64,000 nt of DNA from a virus (Duplodnaviria; Caudoviricetes): positions 1 through 64,000 of IMG/VR virus record IMGVR_UViG_3300020336_000246; one strand, written 5' to 3'. The notes under the pieces are model-generated. The model worked only from the letters and a program-made list of their open reading frames with translations. It searched no databases and had not been told where the DNA came from. The first letter of the stretch is position 1. Each line of letters starts with the position of its first letter. This document shows positions 8,636-18,077 of the stretch, piece by piece. A program made the position numbers and the translations under genes.

Positions 8636-8695
8636 CTAGTAACATATCACACAAGAGAAACGTGTGTATGGTCATTAGAAAATAGGAGAAATAAA

Positions 8696-9058
8696 ATGGC
8701 TGGAATATCAAGAGTAAACGGATTCGGCAACTACGTTGTTGGATCATACAGATCAAGTGCTAACATCGGCGCTTATTTATTAACAGTACAAAACGCATCA
8801 AACTCTGCACAAGACATCAGAGCAGAAGACGACGCGGCTAACGAAGTTGTTGAGGCTATCATGATGGCTACTAACGCAATTGGATCATCTTTCACAGATT
8901 CAACTGCCGGTACAGCAACACTTTTAGTTGACGACACTCAGTGGGACGCGGCTTCTTTACAAGCGGCTATCAGACACTTAGGAACAACTGTTGGACCAAA
9001 CGACATTGACGTTACTGGTTCAGACGTTGTTGCGGCAACTACATTAACAGCGGCGTAA
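8696..9058 (+). CDS. Probable virion structural (head decoration-like) protein
   Basis: Ala/Thr/Gly-rich, strong SD, own late promoter and terminator. Confidence 0.55.
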   Translation: MAGISRVNGFGNYVVGSYRSSANIGAYLLTVQNASNSAQDIRAEDDAANEVVEAIMMATNAIGSSFTDSTAGTATLLVDDTQWDAASLQAAIRHLGTTVGPNDIDVTGSDVVAATTLTAA

Positions 9059-9093
9059 TCCAAAGTTAATTAGTTAGTTACTGAAACTAATAT

Positions 9094-9129
9094 AAAAGGG
9101 CGGTTCATTTATTGTTCCGCCCTTTTTTT
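9094..9129 (+). terminator. Rho-independent terminator
   Basis: AAAAGGGCGG...CCGCCCTTTTTTT. Confidence 0.85.
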
Positions 9130-9141
9130 ATGACTATAAGT

Positions 9142-9558
9142 ATGAGTATGAACTTTGAGATTGCTACATTAATAGACATCACCCAAACAGGACAGACTAA
9201 ATTCAGAAGCGAAGATAGGACTGCTATCAGCCAACAAGCTAATTGGAACACGTTTCTACAAGTCATCGGACTGAGGGCTAACCCTTACTTTGACACAAAG
9301 CCAAAATGTGTTGAAGACGTTGATATTACTAACGGAGAGTTTGGATCAGAATATACAGGCAAACAAAGGCTTTGGTACTTCAAGTTTACCATTGAACAAG
9401 AGGACGCACTATCCGTAGATTTCCTCAAAGATGACTTTGATTTAGTACCAGTAATTGCTGGATTAACAGAAACAATAACGATAAATAATAATGCGTTTCG
9501 TACAAAGAATAATGCTACTCGTAACATTATTTTTAAATTAGTAGATAATGAAACGTAG
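9142..9558 (+). CDS. Hypothetical protein
   Basis: ORF; start uncertain (9130/9142/9148). Confidence 0.7.
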   Translation: MSMNFEIATLIDITQTGQTKFRSEDRTAISQQANWNTFLQVIGLRANPYFDTKPKCVEDVDITNGEFGSEYTGKQRLWYFKFTIEQEDALSVDFLKDDFDLVPVIAGLTETITINNNAFRTKNNATRNIIFKLVDNET

Positions 9559-9659
9559 GCATTTAATAAATATTAGTGCATAGGCAAACATTACATCTAA
9601 AATTAAAGGCGATTAAAATATAGGCCCCTTCCACGATAGAATAAGGAATGGAGAGAGAG

Positions 9660-9896
9660 ATGGCAAGAGCCACAACATTAGAACGAGAAAACTTAGAAGC
9701 ACACGTTGATTTGTGCGAACAAAGATATAATAACTTAGAGCTACGACTGTCTAAAATTGAGACTAAAGTAGAACATATCCACGCCGATATTACAAATGGT
9801 AATAAATCAATGGTAAAAGTTATTATAGGTGCTACTGGCACAATCGTTGCTGGACTGCTGTCAACCATAGTCGTAATACTAGTTACATTAACTTAA
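9660..9896 (+). CDS. Coiled-coil protein with C-terminal TM (XhlA/holin-like architecture)
   Basis: Heptad-like N-terminus, hydrophobic C-terminal helix. Confidence 0.55.
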   Translation: MARATTLERENLEAHVDLCEQRYNNLELRLSKIETKVEHIHADITNGNKSMVKVIIGATGTIVAGLLSTIVVILVTLT

Positions 9897-9942
9897 CCTT
9901 CCTTAATATAATACTTCCCCTAAAACAAACATAAATACACGT

Positions 9943-10227
9943 ATGCTAGTACGTGAGATATATGAATCATTAACTGAAAAGCAGATATGGGCAAGATCTG
10001 GTAAAAAGGTCGTGCGTAAGTATCGTTGCACAGTTGGTAGACGTAAAGGACGTATCGTAAAGCAGATGGCACAATGCTTTGCGGCTCCTAATATGAAAGC
10101 ACGACTAACATTAAAACGCACTAGAGCTAGAATAGGTGCTCGTATGATGAGGAAGGCCAGACGTACAAAACGTACTAACCCAGCTTCACGTAGAGTACAG
10201 GCGTTAAACAAAGCTGGACGTAGATAA
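9943..10227 (+). CDS. Highly basic putative internal head/DNA-binding protein (paralogue 1)
   Basis: MLVREIYE N-terminus; KYRCTxGxRKGRIV motif; very Arg/Lys-rich. Confidence 0.65.
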   Translation: MLVREIYESLTEKQIWARSGKKVVRKYRCTVGRRKGRIVKQMAQCFAAPNMKARLTLKRTRARIGARMMRKARRTKRTNPASRRVQALNKAGRR

Positions 10228-10577
10228 TGCTTATTAAAGAGATAATGACTGAATCTATTAAAGAAGGTGTTATCCAAATTTGGGGTAGAAACAAGGGTAA
10301 ACTTGTTCGCAAATACAGATGCACATCTGGCTCACGTAAAGGACGTATTGTAGCACAACCGGCAACCTGTAATGCACAGAAGAAGGTTGGTAGTGCATTA
10401 AATATTAAGAGAGCTAAAGCACGTAAAGGAAGTGTAATGAAAGTTAAGAGCCAACGTATTAAAAGGGCTGGTGGATTAACTAAAAGACTAACTACTGCTA
10501 ACAAGCCACAGACACAGAAACGTTATAGAAAGGCTCCGGCACGTAGAAAGAAATTTAAAACTGGAAGAAGAAAATAA
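10227..10577 (+). CDS. Highly basic putative internal head/DNA-binding protein (paralogue 2)
   Basis: MLIKEIMTE N-terminus; same KYRCTxGxRKGRIV motif. Confidence 0.65.
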   Translation: MLIKEIMTESIKEGVIQIWGRNKGKLVRKYRCTSGSRKGRIVAQPATCNAQKKVGSALNIKRAKARKGSVMKVKSQRIKRAGGLTKRLTTANKPQTQKRYRKAPARRKKFKTGRRK

Positions 10578-11032
10578 TGAGAGCAAAGGATTTTACAAAA
10601 CCTGTACAAGAACAAGAAATTGTTGAAGTAGTTCCTGCATTAGCGGCCGTTGGTCGTGTAGGTGCTAAGATGGGATCAGCCGCGGCCAAGGCTGGAGTAA
10701 AGATGGGAGCTCAATTAGGAAAGGTTGGTGCCAATAAAGCCAAAGGCATAGGTACCAAGGCAGTTAAAGCTGTTCAACAAGCACAAGACAAAGTCACACA
10801 GGCTATCCTTAAAAAAGGAAGTAAATTAGCAATACCCACTCAAGGGGGAAAAGAGACTGAATTCGATATAGATGATATTAAAGGTGATATGGTTACATTA
10901 AAAAATCCATTAGCCAAAAAGGGCGAACCCACAGCATTTGTATACAATAAAAAAGAATTAGATCAAGTAGTTAAACAAAAAGCAGACCAGGCAACGGGTG
11001 GTACTAACCCAATGGCTGGGAAGGTAGTATAA
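10577..11032 (+). CDS. Hypothetical protein, putative internal head protein
   Basis: MRAKDF N-terminus; coupled starts and stops. Confidence 0.6.
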   Translation: MRAKDFTKPVQEQEIVEVVPALAAVGRVGAKMGSAAAKAGVKMGAQLGKVGANKAKGIGTKAVKAVQQAQDKVTQAILKKGSKLAIPTQGGKETEFDIDDIKGDMVTLKNPLAKKGEPTAFVYNKKELDQVVKQKADQATGGTNPMAGKVV

Positions 11033-11238
11033 TGAAGATAAATGATTTATTAGGCGAGTTCAGTATTCATACAAGTAATGAGGAAAAGGAAGTATTAGAA
11101 AAACTAAAACATCCTGTTCCTATGAATGCTTTCCCTGAAAGAGAACAATTCGTAATCGAAGCACTTATAAGAAAAGCTCTTATAACTAAAGTAGATAGAA
11201 ACGGAATGACAGTGGTAGTTGCTAATGAATCCGACTAA
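11032..11238 (+). CDS. Hypothetical protein
   Basis: MKINDLLGE N-terminus. Confidence 0.65.
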   Translation: MKINDLLGEFSIHTSNEEKEVLEKLKHPVPMNAFPEREQFVIEALIRKALITKVDRNGMTVVVANESD

Positions 11239-11662
11239 ACTTCAAGCAGACTTAGATGAGATCATGGAGAGTGGCCTTAAGAAGGTTTATATTCCATATG
11301 TCAAAGGCAAAGGTAAGTCAGTACGTATTAAGAATACAATATTTAGAGAATCCAAAAAAGAAGGTGGGTTCATACTATTTGATGTAGCAACACATAAAAG
11401 GGTAGCTACTACATTTAGTAAACGTGGAGCAATAGCATATTCCAAAGCTAGAGCTAGAAACAACGAAACTATGGCAAATGAGGTGCTTAGATTGGATCAA
11501 ACACTATGTAAGCACTATATGGATAGCTTATTCCACAAGCATACTATAGAGCAAACAGACGATGAATTCCGCAGAGATGCCGCGGAAATGCGGTTTGAAC
11601 TGGCTAAAGACCATACTTGGAACTATATCTGCCAATTAGACGAGTATATCTTTGACGACTGA
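11225..11662 (+). CDS. Hypothetical protein
   Basis: ORF overlapping the previous stop. Confidence 0.7.
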   Translation: MNPTKLQADLDEIMESGLKKVYIPYVKGKGKSVRIKNTIFRESKKEGGFILFDVATHKRVATTFSKRGAIAYSKARARNNETMANEVLRLDQTLCKHYMDSLFHKHTIEQTDDEFRRDAAEMRFELAKDHTWNYICQLDEYIFDD

Positions 11663-11696
11663 AGATAAATAACTATAACAGTTAGGAACGAGAGCT

Positions 11697-12650
11697 ATGA
11701 AAATAAACGAACTTAAGATTGTATCAGCTAAAGACTTAAATGAGTCATTGGCAAAAACTTTTGGAACGAAATTACGTTTGCAGGACTTTACTAATGAACA
11801 GCTTGAAGATGCACGTAACAGACTACGTACACAGTTAAGTCAAGTTGAAACCAACGAAAGTTTCGATACAGTTCATACAAGTGATGCATACCAAAAAGGT
11901 AGAATGTTCCTAGACGTAATCAACCAAGAAATTGCAGAGAGAACTAAACTTGCCGAAAAGGCAAAACCAGACTTTTTAGACTTAGACAAAGATGGTGATA
12001 AAAAAGAGCCAATGTCAAAAGCCGCAGACGAAAAAGGTGATGACAAAGATGATAAAAAAGGCTTATCTGCAAAACAAAAGAAATTACCCGCAGGCTTACA
12101 AAAGGCTATTGCAAAGAAAAATGAAGACGTAGAAGTAACAGAAGGCGCAGAAGAAGCCGCTACATTAACTATGGCCGCAAAGGACATGGTTGACAGAGTT
12201 ACAGGCTGGATGGAAGACACAGCAGAAATGCAAACTGAATCAATGCTAGAATTAGGCGATAAGATCAGAGACGAACTTGGTTCTGAAAAGAGCGAAGAAT
12301 TCATTAATACTGTAAAACCAGCATTAGAAAATTTATACACAGTTTTTGAAACTACTAGAGAAGCACTAACAGGTGGCGTAGCCATTATAACAGGCGAAGG
12401 CGCTCCGGCAACAATGGGTGCAGACCCAGAGGCTCCAGCAGAAGATCCAGAAGCTGAGATGGAACCAACAGTTGATGCGGACGCAGGTGTTGAAGAACCA
12501 GTAGCAGATGAGTTTGGAGCAAGTGAACCTGCAGTCGGTGGAGAAGAACCAGCTGACAGAGAAAAACGAGAATCCGTAGAACGAAGCAGAAGATTAGGTC
12601 AGATGTTAACTGACTCAAAAAAAAAGGAAGTAGCTCAGCCAAAAAAGTAA
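11697..12650 (+). CDS. Acidic coiled-coil protein, putative prohead core/scaffold
   Basis: Late promoter at 11664, MKINEL N-terminus, Glu/Ala/Pro-rich C-terminus; ends just after an A9 run. Confidence 0.55.
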   Translation: MKINELKIVSAKDLNESLAKTFGTKLRLQDFTNEQLEDARNRLRTQLSQVETNESFDTVHTSDAYQKGRMFLDVINQEIAERTKLAEKAKPDFLDLDKDGDKKEPMSKAADEKGDDKDDKKGLSAKQKKLPAGLQKAIAKKNEDVEVTEGAEEAATLTMAAKDMVDRVTGWMEDTAEMQTESMLELGDKIRDELGSEKSEEFINTVKPALENLYTVFETTREALTGGVAIITGEGAPATMGADPEAPAEDPEAEMEPTVDADAGVEEPVADEFGASEPAVGGEEPADREKRESVERSRRLGQMLTDSKKKEVAQPKK

Positions 12651-12976
12651 CTGAAGCTACCAATTCCAAAGAAGCACTCGTAAATATTTTTAGAAACACA
12701 ATAGGTAGTGCTGATTCACAAAGTCAGCCTGCCTATCTTTCTTTTGAAGCACTCAATCAATTAATGAACAATATGGATATGCAACAGTTTGATTACGATG
12801 GATTCAAACAAGTGTATGATGCCAACCCTGATTTACAAAATCTAGTTAAGAACTTTGATGAGAAAGGTGTCACACTTGGCACCAAACAAGAAGCTGATAG
12901 TGATGCTCCTGTCCAATCTGATGCTCCAGATGAAGTTGACCAAATGGCAAAACGAGCAACCTCCGCCAATCTTTAA
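12614..12976 (+). CDS. -1 frame extension of the 11697 protein (no start codon for the first 50 codons)
   Basis: Frame open from the A9 run to TAA 12976 and includes track ORF 12764-12976; hairpin follows the slippery site. Confidence 0.6.
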   Translation, partial: LKKKGSSSAKKVTEATNSKEALVNIFRNTIGSADSQSQPAYLSFEALNQLMNNMDMQQFDYDGFKQVYDANPDLQNLVKNFDEKGVTLGTKQEADSDAPVQSDAPDEVDQMAKRATSANL

Positions 12977-13005
12977 TTGACATTTAACTAATTTTGTTAT
13001 ATACT
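12977..13005 (+). promoter_or_regulatory. sigma70-type early promoter
   Basis: TTGACA-N17-TATACT; similar promoters at 25177, 31701, 40351, 41469, 46654, 56691, 59225. Confidence 0.75.
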
Positions 13006-13024
13006 TTGTAGAAGAGGTATATGA

Positions 13025-13609
13025 ATGAGCGAAGTAAAAGTCTTACCAAACCTGGTATGGAAATATAATTACGAACCTGGATTCGATATAGAACAATTCT
13101 TGGATTATCAATCTAAAGAAGCCGAACTACATCAAACAGAAGCAGATGGCGGAAAGTCAACTGCCGGTCATCCTAATCCTCCACACGAATGGGACTGCAA
13201 TAAAGATTTTATGACTTGGCTAAGGCCAAAGATAGAAATCTGTTTACGTGAATGGGACGTTCAGTATACAGATATCGTAGCTACAGGTAGTTGGACCAAT
13301 ATACACAATATAGATGCTCATACTTTACCTCATGAACATGGTTCAACTAATGTAGTGGTATCTGCTTATGTACAAGTTCCCCAAGATAGCGGAAACATTA
13401 TGTTTGAGCAACTACTGAGATCACAATGGTGTGCCTACTCAAGGATACCAGAAGGAACAATACACGACTACTGGAGAGAAGTTAACGTAAATACAAATGA
13501 CGTACTACTATTTCCTGGTTGGATGACTCACAAGACTCAAGCAAGTAAAAGCAGTGGAAATAGAATAACCTTTACTATTAATTGCGATGGTAGAGAAAGG
13601 GGGCAATAA
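13025..13609 (+). CDS. 2OG-Fe(II) oxygenase-like protein (TIGR02466-type)
   Basis: SWTNIH, PHEHG, VSAYVQVP, LLFPGWMTH, RITFTIN. Confidence 0.75.
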   Translation: MSEVKVLPNLVWKYNYEPGFDIEQFLDYQSKEAELHQTEADGGKSTAGHPNPPHEWDCNKDFMTWLRPKIEICLREWDVQYTDIVATGSWTNIHNIDAHTLPHEHGSTNVVVSAYVQVPQDSGNIMFEQLLRSQWCAYSRIPEGTIHDYWREVNVNTNDVLLFPGWMTHKTQASKSSGNRITFTINCDGRERGQ

Positions 13610-13613
13610 AATT

Positions 13614-13931
13614 ATGACAGATAGAACAAAAGAAGAAATTGTAAAAGAAATTGAATCAATAGTTGAGAAGAGTATTCAACCAAGTGTAGAAATGCACGGC
13701 GGAGTTGTTAAACTTCAAGACTTTGATATGGAGACAGGCGTTGCTACAATGTTAATGAGTGGTGCTTGTTCAGGTTGTGCAAGTAGCACAGTAACATTGA
13801 AGCTAGGCGTAGAGAATATGCTTAAACATTATATACCCGAAGTTAATGCAGTAGAGGGTATGGACGATCCTAACTTTAACGATCCGTATTATACAAGTTG
13901 GGACAACCCAGGAGGATGGGAAAGGGAGTAG
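13614..13931 (+). CDS. nfuA: NifU/NfuA C-terminal Fe-S carrier
   Basis: HGGVVKL...MSGACSGCASSTVTLKLGVENML. Confidence 0.9.
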   Translation: MTDRTKEEIVKEIESIVEKSIQPSVEMHGGVVKLQDFDMETGVATMLMSGACSGCASSTVTLKLGVENMLKHYIPEVNAVEGMDDPNFNDPYYTSWDNPGGWERE

Positions 13932-13932
13932 T

Positions 13933-14784
13933 ATGACAACTGAAAAGACTGAACACATAGCACCAAGTAACTTTGCAAACAGAAATCCTAATTCAAGCAC
14001 AGACTTTCATAGTGCAAGTAATCAATGGATCATAGATGTGAAGTGTCCTTTCTATGATGAGTTCCTTACTTTATTTGAAAGTGATGAGTACAAAGGAGAA
14101 GATGAAAGTAAGATTAAAACTACGTTCAGAGGATATCAATATGATGTTACTCCTAAGAACTTGGCTGAGTGGGGAGGAGAAGTTGTACGTTCAGATAAGA
14201 TGAATCCTGACACACCAGAGCAGGTAGGCTTTCCTAGTTCTAAAACATTAAATGAAACAAGTTTTGAAGTAAACAAAGCAAATCCAGGTTCCAACTTTCC
14301 ACCAATAGATCAAAACAAGTTTGACAAGCTCAATTGGGATAAGCTAGTAAACTGGGTAATGAAACAGATTAGAAGAAACAGAATACCTGTTAAGAGTATT
14401 AAGGTTAGCAAGTGTTGGTGTGTAGATTACAACGACGGTGGCTATCAAGCAATACACAATCATGGTCCAATGTGTATTAGTATGGTAATGGCAATGGATT
14501 CACAACCTACAACAGGAAGTAACGAACAGTCAGCAGACAACGGTATGTTATATACTTTAATGCCTAATCCAGATGGCACACAGGTTATGACACAGTTTGG
14601 TCCTTATCCAGGTAGAACTGTAATACTAGATGGTAGAGTATGGCACGGTGTTTATCCTGCTAAGGCTCCACGTAGAACATTTGTTGTAGACTTTGACTTT
14701 GAATACTATGCACCTGATGAAGAAGTGCCAGGCATGATACATACACTAGATCCTGACAGACACGATTGGCACAAAGATGGATAA
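13933..14784 (+). CDS. 2OG-Fe(II) oxygenase-like protein
   Basis: WCVDY..GGYQAIHNH, GRVWHGVYP, RRTFVVD. Confidence 0.65.
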   Translation: MTTEKTEHIAPSNFANRNPNSSTDFHSASNQWIIDVKCPFYDEFLTLFESDEYKGEDESKIKTTFRGYQYDVTPKNLAEWGGEVVRSDKMNPDTPEQVGFPSSKTLNETSFEVNKANPGSNFPPIDQNKFDKLNWDKLVNWVMKQIRRNRIPVKSIKVSKCWCVDYNDGGYQAIHNHGPMCISMVMAMDSQPTTGSNEQSADNGMLYTLMPNPDGTQVMTQFGPYPGRTVILDGRVWHGVYPAKAPRRTFVVDFDFEYYAPDEEVPGMIHTLDPDRHDWHKDG

Positions 14785-15301
14785 TAGTTACTTCGCCCCA
14801 GGACAATTTGTTATAGAAACAGAATACCCTGATTGGGAGAACATCAAACAAGTCATGATTAGAAGTTATACGGAAACTACAGACTATCCTGATAGAACAC
14901 AAAATACTTGTGACATCAATAATATCTCTTTAGGATTCAACGATTTCGTAATTAAAAAATTACAGGACAACAATATTCCGATTGAACAAGTAAGTGCTAT
15001 CCACAGTTGGTACATTGACTATAAACCAAATGGATATCAGAAAGTACACAATCATACGAACGAAGATTCACTTATTAGTACAGTAATGTACTTCGAAGAA
15101 TCAGATGGTAGTTTAGTAACGTTATTAGGACACACGAATACTGAAGTACAACATATAGAAATAAACCCAACACCCGGCAAACTAGTAATACTTAATGGTA
15201 ACGTAAATCATTTAACATATCCTAGTGCCAATAAGAGAAGTGTTCTAGTTATTAATTTTAAAGCGAGATGGAAAGATGAGCCTAATAGTACAGAAGTTTG
15301 A
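14777..15301 (+). CDS. 2OG-Fe(II) oxygenase-like protein
   Basis: SWYIDY, HNH, ISTVMYF, NHLTYP, RSVLVIN. Confidence 0.7.
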   Translation: MDNSYFAPGQFVIETEYPDWENIKQVMIRSYTETTDYPDRTQNTCDINNISLGFNDFVIKKLQDNNIPIEQVSAIHSWYIDYKPNGYQKVHNHTNEDSLISTVMYFEESDGSLVTLLGHTNTEVQHIEINPTPGKLVILNGNVNHLTYPSANKRSVLVINFKARWKDEPNSTEV

Positions 15302-15956
15302 TTACGAGGAATTAAAGAAGCAGTCAGTTGAAGGTAAAAGACTGTATGCTTGTCCTGACGGTAATCATGTTGCTAGTGTTACAACTATATTAGATAAAAC
15401 CAAAGACAAGACTGCTCTTATAGAATGGCGTAAAAGAGTAGGTGAAAAGAAAGCACAGGAAATTGTTACAGAGGCCGCAAGTGTAGGTACTCGTATGCAC
15501 AAATTTTTAGAGGATTATGTAGAGACAGGTGAATGGCCTAAAGCAGGAAGTAACCCTTATAGCCAACAAGCAAATACTATGGCTACAGTTATAAAAGATA
15601 ATGCATTAGCTAATATTAACGAAATATGGGGTTCTGAGGTATCATTATACCATCCTAAGATTTATGCCGGCACTACAGACCTCGTAGGCGTGTTTAACGG
15701 CGTGGAATGTATCATGGACTTTAAACAAACAAACAAGCCTAAAAAGGAAGAATGGGTAGATGATTATAAATTACAATTAACTGCCTATGCATTAGCACAC
15801 AACGAAATATACGGCACTAACATACGTGAAGGACACGTTTTTATGTGTTCTCGTGATGGACAATACCAGCAATTTGATGTATGGCCAGACGATTTTAAAG
15901 GCTGGGAGTCAAAATGGTGGGATCGTGTGTATATGTACTATGACCGTTTCGCATAA
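15276..15956 (+). CDS. PD-(D/E)XK exonuclease (phage Cas4/lambda-exo-like)
   Basis: SVTTIL, GTRMH, GSEV, YAGTTDL, MDFKQT, QLTAYA. Confidence 0.85.
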   Translation: MSLIVQKFDYEELKKQSVEGKRLYACPDGNHVASVTTILDKTKDKTALIEWRKRVGEKKAQEIVTEAASVGTRMHKFLEDYVETGEWPKAGSNPYSQQANTMATVIKDNALANINEIWGSEVSLYHPKIYAGTTDLVGVFNGVECIMDFKQTNKPKKEEWVDDYKLQLTAYALAHNEIYGTNIREGHVFMCSRDGQYQQFDVWPDDFKGWESKWWDRVYMYYDRFA

Positions 15957-15980
15957 ATACTTGTAATAAGGAGCAAGTAA

Positions 15981-17609
15981 GTGGCGATAGTACAAATTTC
16001 AAGAATACAAGTACGTAGAGGTCAAAAGAACGTTGGATCAGGCGTACCACAATTAGCAGGTGGTGAGTTTGGTTGGGCAGTAGATACACGTGAACTTTAC
16101 ATTGGTAACGGATCAGTATCAGAAGGATCTCCAGCAGTTGGTAATACAAAAATATTAACCCAACATGATAACTTATTCAGCTTCGCAGATCAATATACAT
16201 ATCAAAAAGAAATTACTACAATGCAGACAGGTACAACTGCTATGTTACCTGTTACAAGAACACTACAAGAAAGACTAGACGAAGATGTAAGTGTCAAGTC
16301 ATATGGTGCAACAGGTGATGGATCAGATCAAACAGTAGTATTACAAAGAGCTATTGATCAATTATATTTAAATTCAGCAACTAAAGGTTCAACTGCAAGT
16401 AGAGTAACTTTACATATACCAGCAGGTGAATATCTTTTAAGTGCAAGTTTGAAACTTCCTCCATATGCAACTATTGTTGGAGCAGGGGCAGACAAAGTAA
16501 AAATTACACAAGGTGCCAATGCTCCTGTGTTTGAAACTGTTAACTCAGGATCAACACCAGGAAGTTATGCACAAGACAGTTCAAGTACAACTTTAAACCA
16601 AGCTAACATGATTTTGTTAAAAGGTTTGAGTTTAGTACAAACTACTACAAACTCAGGTATATTACTAACATCATGTAGAAACAGTACGTTTGAAGATTTA
16701 TGTATTGACGGAACATGGTCAAGTGGATCAACACCAGCATCTAATCAATGTGGTGTTAAGATGGTAGCTTTATCAACGGCTGTGTCTTGTAATAGAAACA
16801 CTTTTAAAAATGTTAGATTCAAAGGACACAGTACTGGAGTGATGTCAGACTTTGATGTTGTTGAGAACGTGTTCGACCATTGTGAATTTGACACATTAAG
16901 ATACGGAATGGTGTGGGGAGAAACTACAAGCATAGGTGGACAAGGTATGGCAACAGGTCCACAAAGAAATGTTGTACACAATTCAGAATTCCATGATATT
17001 GACAGACAAGCATTATGGGTACACAAAGGACAATTTAATGCTTCACACAATAATAGATTTATTAGTGTAGGTAACAATGGTGGTACAGAAGGTAATGCAG
17101 TTTATAGTGTTATATTGTTTACAGATGGTACTGCTCTTTCTAATTCATCAAACTCAGATTGGTTTGATAGAACAGCAAGTTTAAGTTACGATCAAAACTT
17201 TATATCAGGATATGCTTATATTCCTGAAGTAGAAGGCCCAGGTGTATTTGACAACGAATTTAGTTATAGGTTTCCTGTAACACAACAAAACGTTGCAACA
17301 AGAGTTTTAAGAGTACCTGGCTATACTACTAGAAATATAGAAGTTGAATACATATACAAAAGTTCACAGGTAAATGCAGTTAGAGAAGGTAAACTAGATA
17401 TAGTATGTAATATTGCAGATGGTACAACAAAGATTACAGACGACTTTACATACTCAGGTGCATCAAGCTATGAACTAAACTTAGAATTTAGTGCTTCACT
17501 AACAGATGAGAACAGTGATGCAACTAATGACACCGTAGTTATTTCAATGAAGAACACGACTACAAGTGACACAGGCGATATATTATTTAGAGTTAGATAC
17601 AAAACCTAA
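15981..17609 (+). CDS. Virion protein with Mtd-like N-terminus and pectate-lyase-type beta-helix
   Basis: IQVRRG...LAGGEFGWAVDTRELYIGNG; VKSYGATGDG...LHIPAGEY; late promoter at 15952. Confidence 0.7.
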   Translation: MAIVQISRIQVRRGQKNVGSGVPQLAGGEFGWAVDTRELYIGNGSVSEGSPAVGNTKILTQHDNLFSFADQYTYQKEITTMQTGTTAMLPVTRTLQERLDEDVSVKSYGATGDGSDQTVVLQRAIDQLYLNSATKGSTASRVTLHIPAGEYLLSASLKLPPYATIVGAGADKVKITQGANAPVFETVNSGSTPGSYAQDSSSTTLNQANMILLKGLSLVQTTTNSGILLTSCRNSTFEDLCIDGTWSSGSTPASNQCGVKMVALSTAVSCNRNTFKNVRFKGHSTGVMSDFDVVENVFDHCEFDTLRYGMVWGETTSIGGQGMATGPQRNVVHNSEFHDIDRQALWVHKGQFNASHNNRFISVGNNGGTEGNAVYSVILFTDGTALSNSSNSDWFDRTASLSYDQNFISGYAYIPEVEGPGVFDNEFSYRFPVTQQNVATRVLRVPGYTTRNIEVEYIYKSSQVNAVREGKLDIVCNIADGTTKITDDFTYSGASSYELNLEFSASLTDENSDATNDTVVISMKNTTTSDTGDILFRVRYKT

Positions 17610-17611
17610 TC

Positions 17612-18034
17612 ATGCAAGAAAATTACGAGCTTAGGCTTGTTAACTGGACAAAGTTTCGAGAACAACTAGAGGTAAGTCTGAACCCATTCCAAGACGTTGT
17701 GGATTATTATAACAAGCTACCCCGATCAAAGTTAAGTGTAGACCCGTGGGATATGGACACATGGCCCACTCCTTGGGAACTACTTGCTCAAAACAGCATT
17801 TGCGACTTGACAAATAGCTTAGGGGTGTGCTATACTTTACAATTAACTAATAGGTTTTCTCGGAGTGAGTTCGAGATACATATAGTTAGGGACTACGATA
17901 ATGAGGACGTTTGTTATCCTGTTTGTATCGAAAATAATATTTTGTGTTACAAATATAATGAGGTTGTTCAAAAGGATGAATTACCCACACATTTTGTTTC
18001 ACAACGCATTTATAAGATGCCGGCACTACAATAA
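17612..18034 (+). CDS. Hypothetical protein
   Basis: ORF between structural gene and nrdA. Confidence 0.75.
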   Translation: MQENYELRLVNWTKFREQLEVSLNPFQDVVDYYNKLPRSKLSVDPWDMDTWPTPWELLAQNSICDLTNSLGVCYTLQLTNRFSRSEFEIHIVRDYDNEDVCYPVCIENNILCYKYNEVVQKDELPTHFVSQRIYKMPALQ

Positions 18035-18077
18035 ATACATTATCAATTAGGAATTAAAATTAACAGGAGCACGTAGA

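Noticed and set aside
11873-12699. Long antisense ORFs here and at 5461-5907, 7209-7700, 30623-31189, 49655-50044 and 53471-54676
   Set aside because: They are shadows of well-supported opposite-strand genes, with Ser/Phe/Leu-rich composition and no SD or motifs.
15276-15956. Cas4-like nuclease as a sign of a CRISPR system
   Set aside because: No repeat-spacer array or other cas genes were seen; such exonucleases are routine in large phages.
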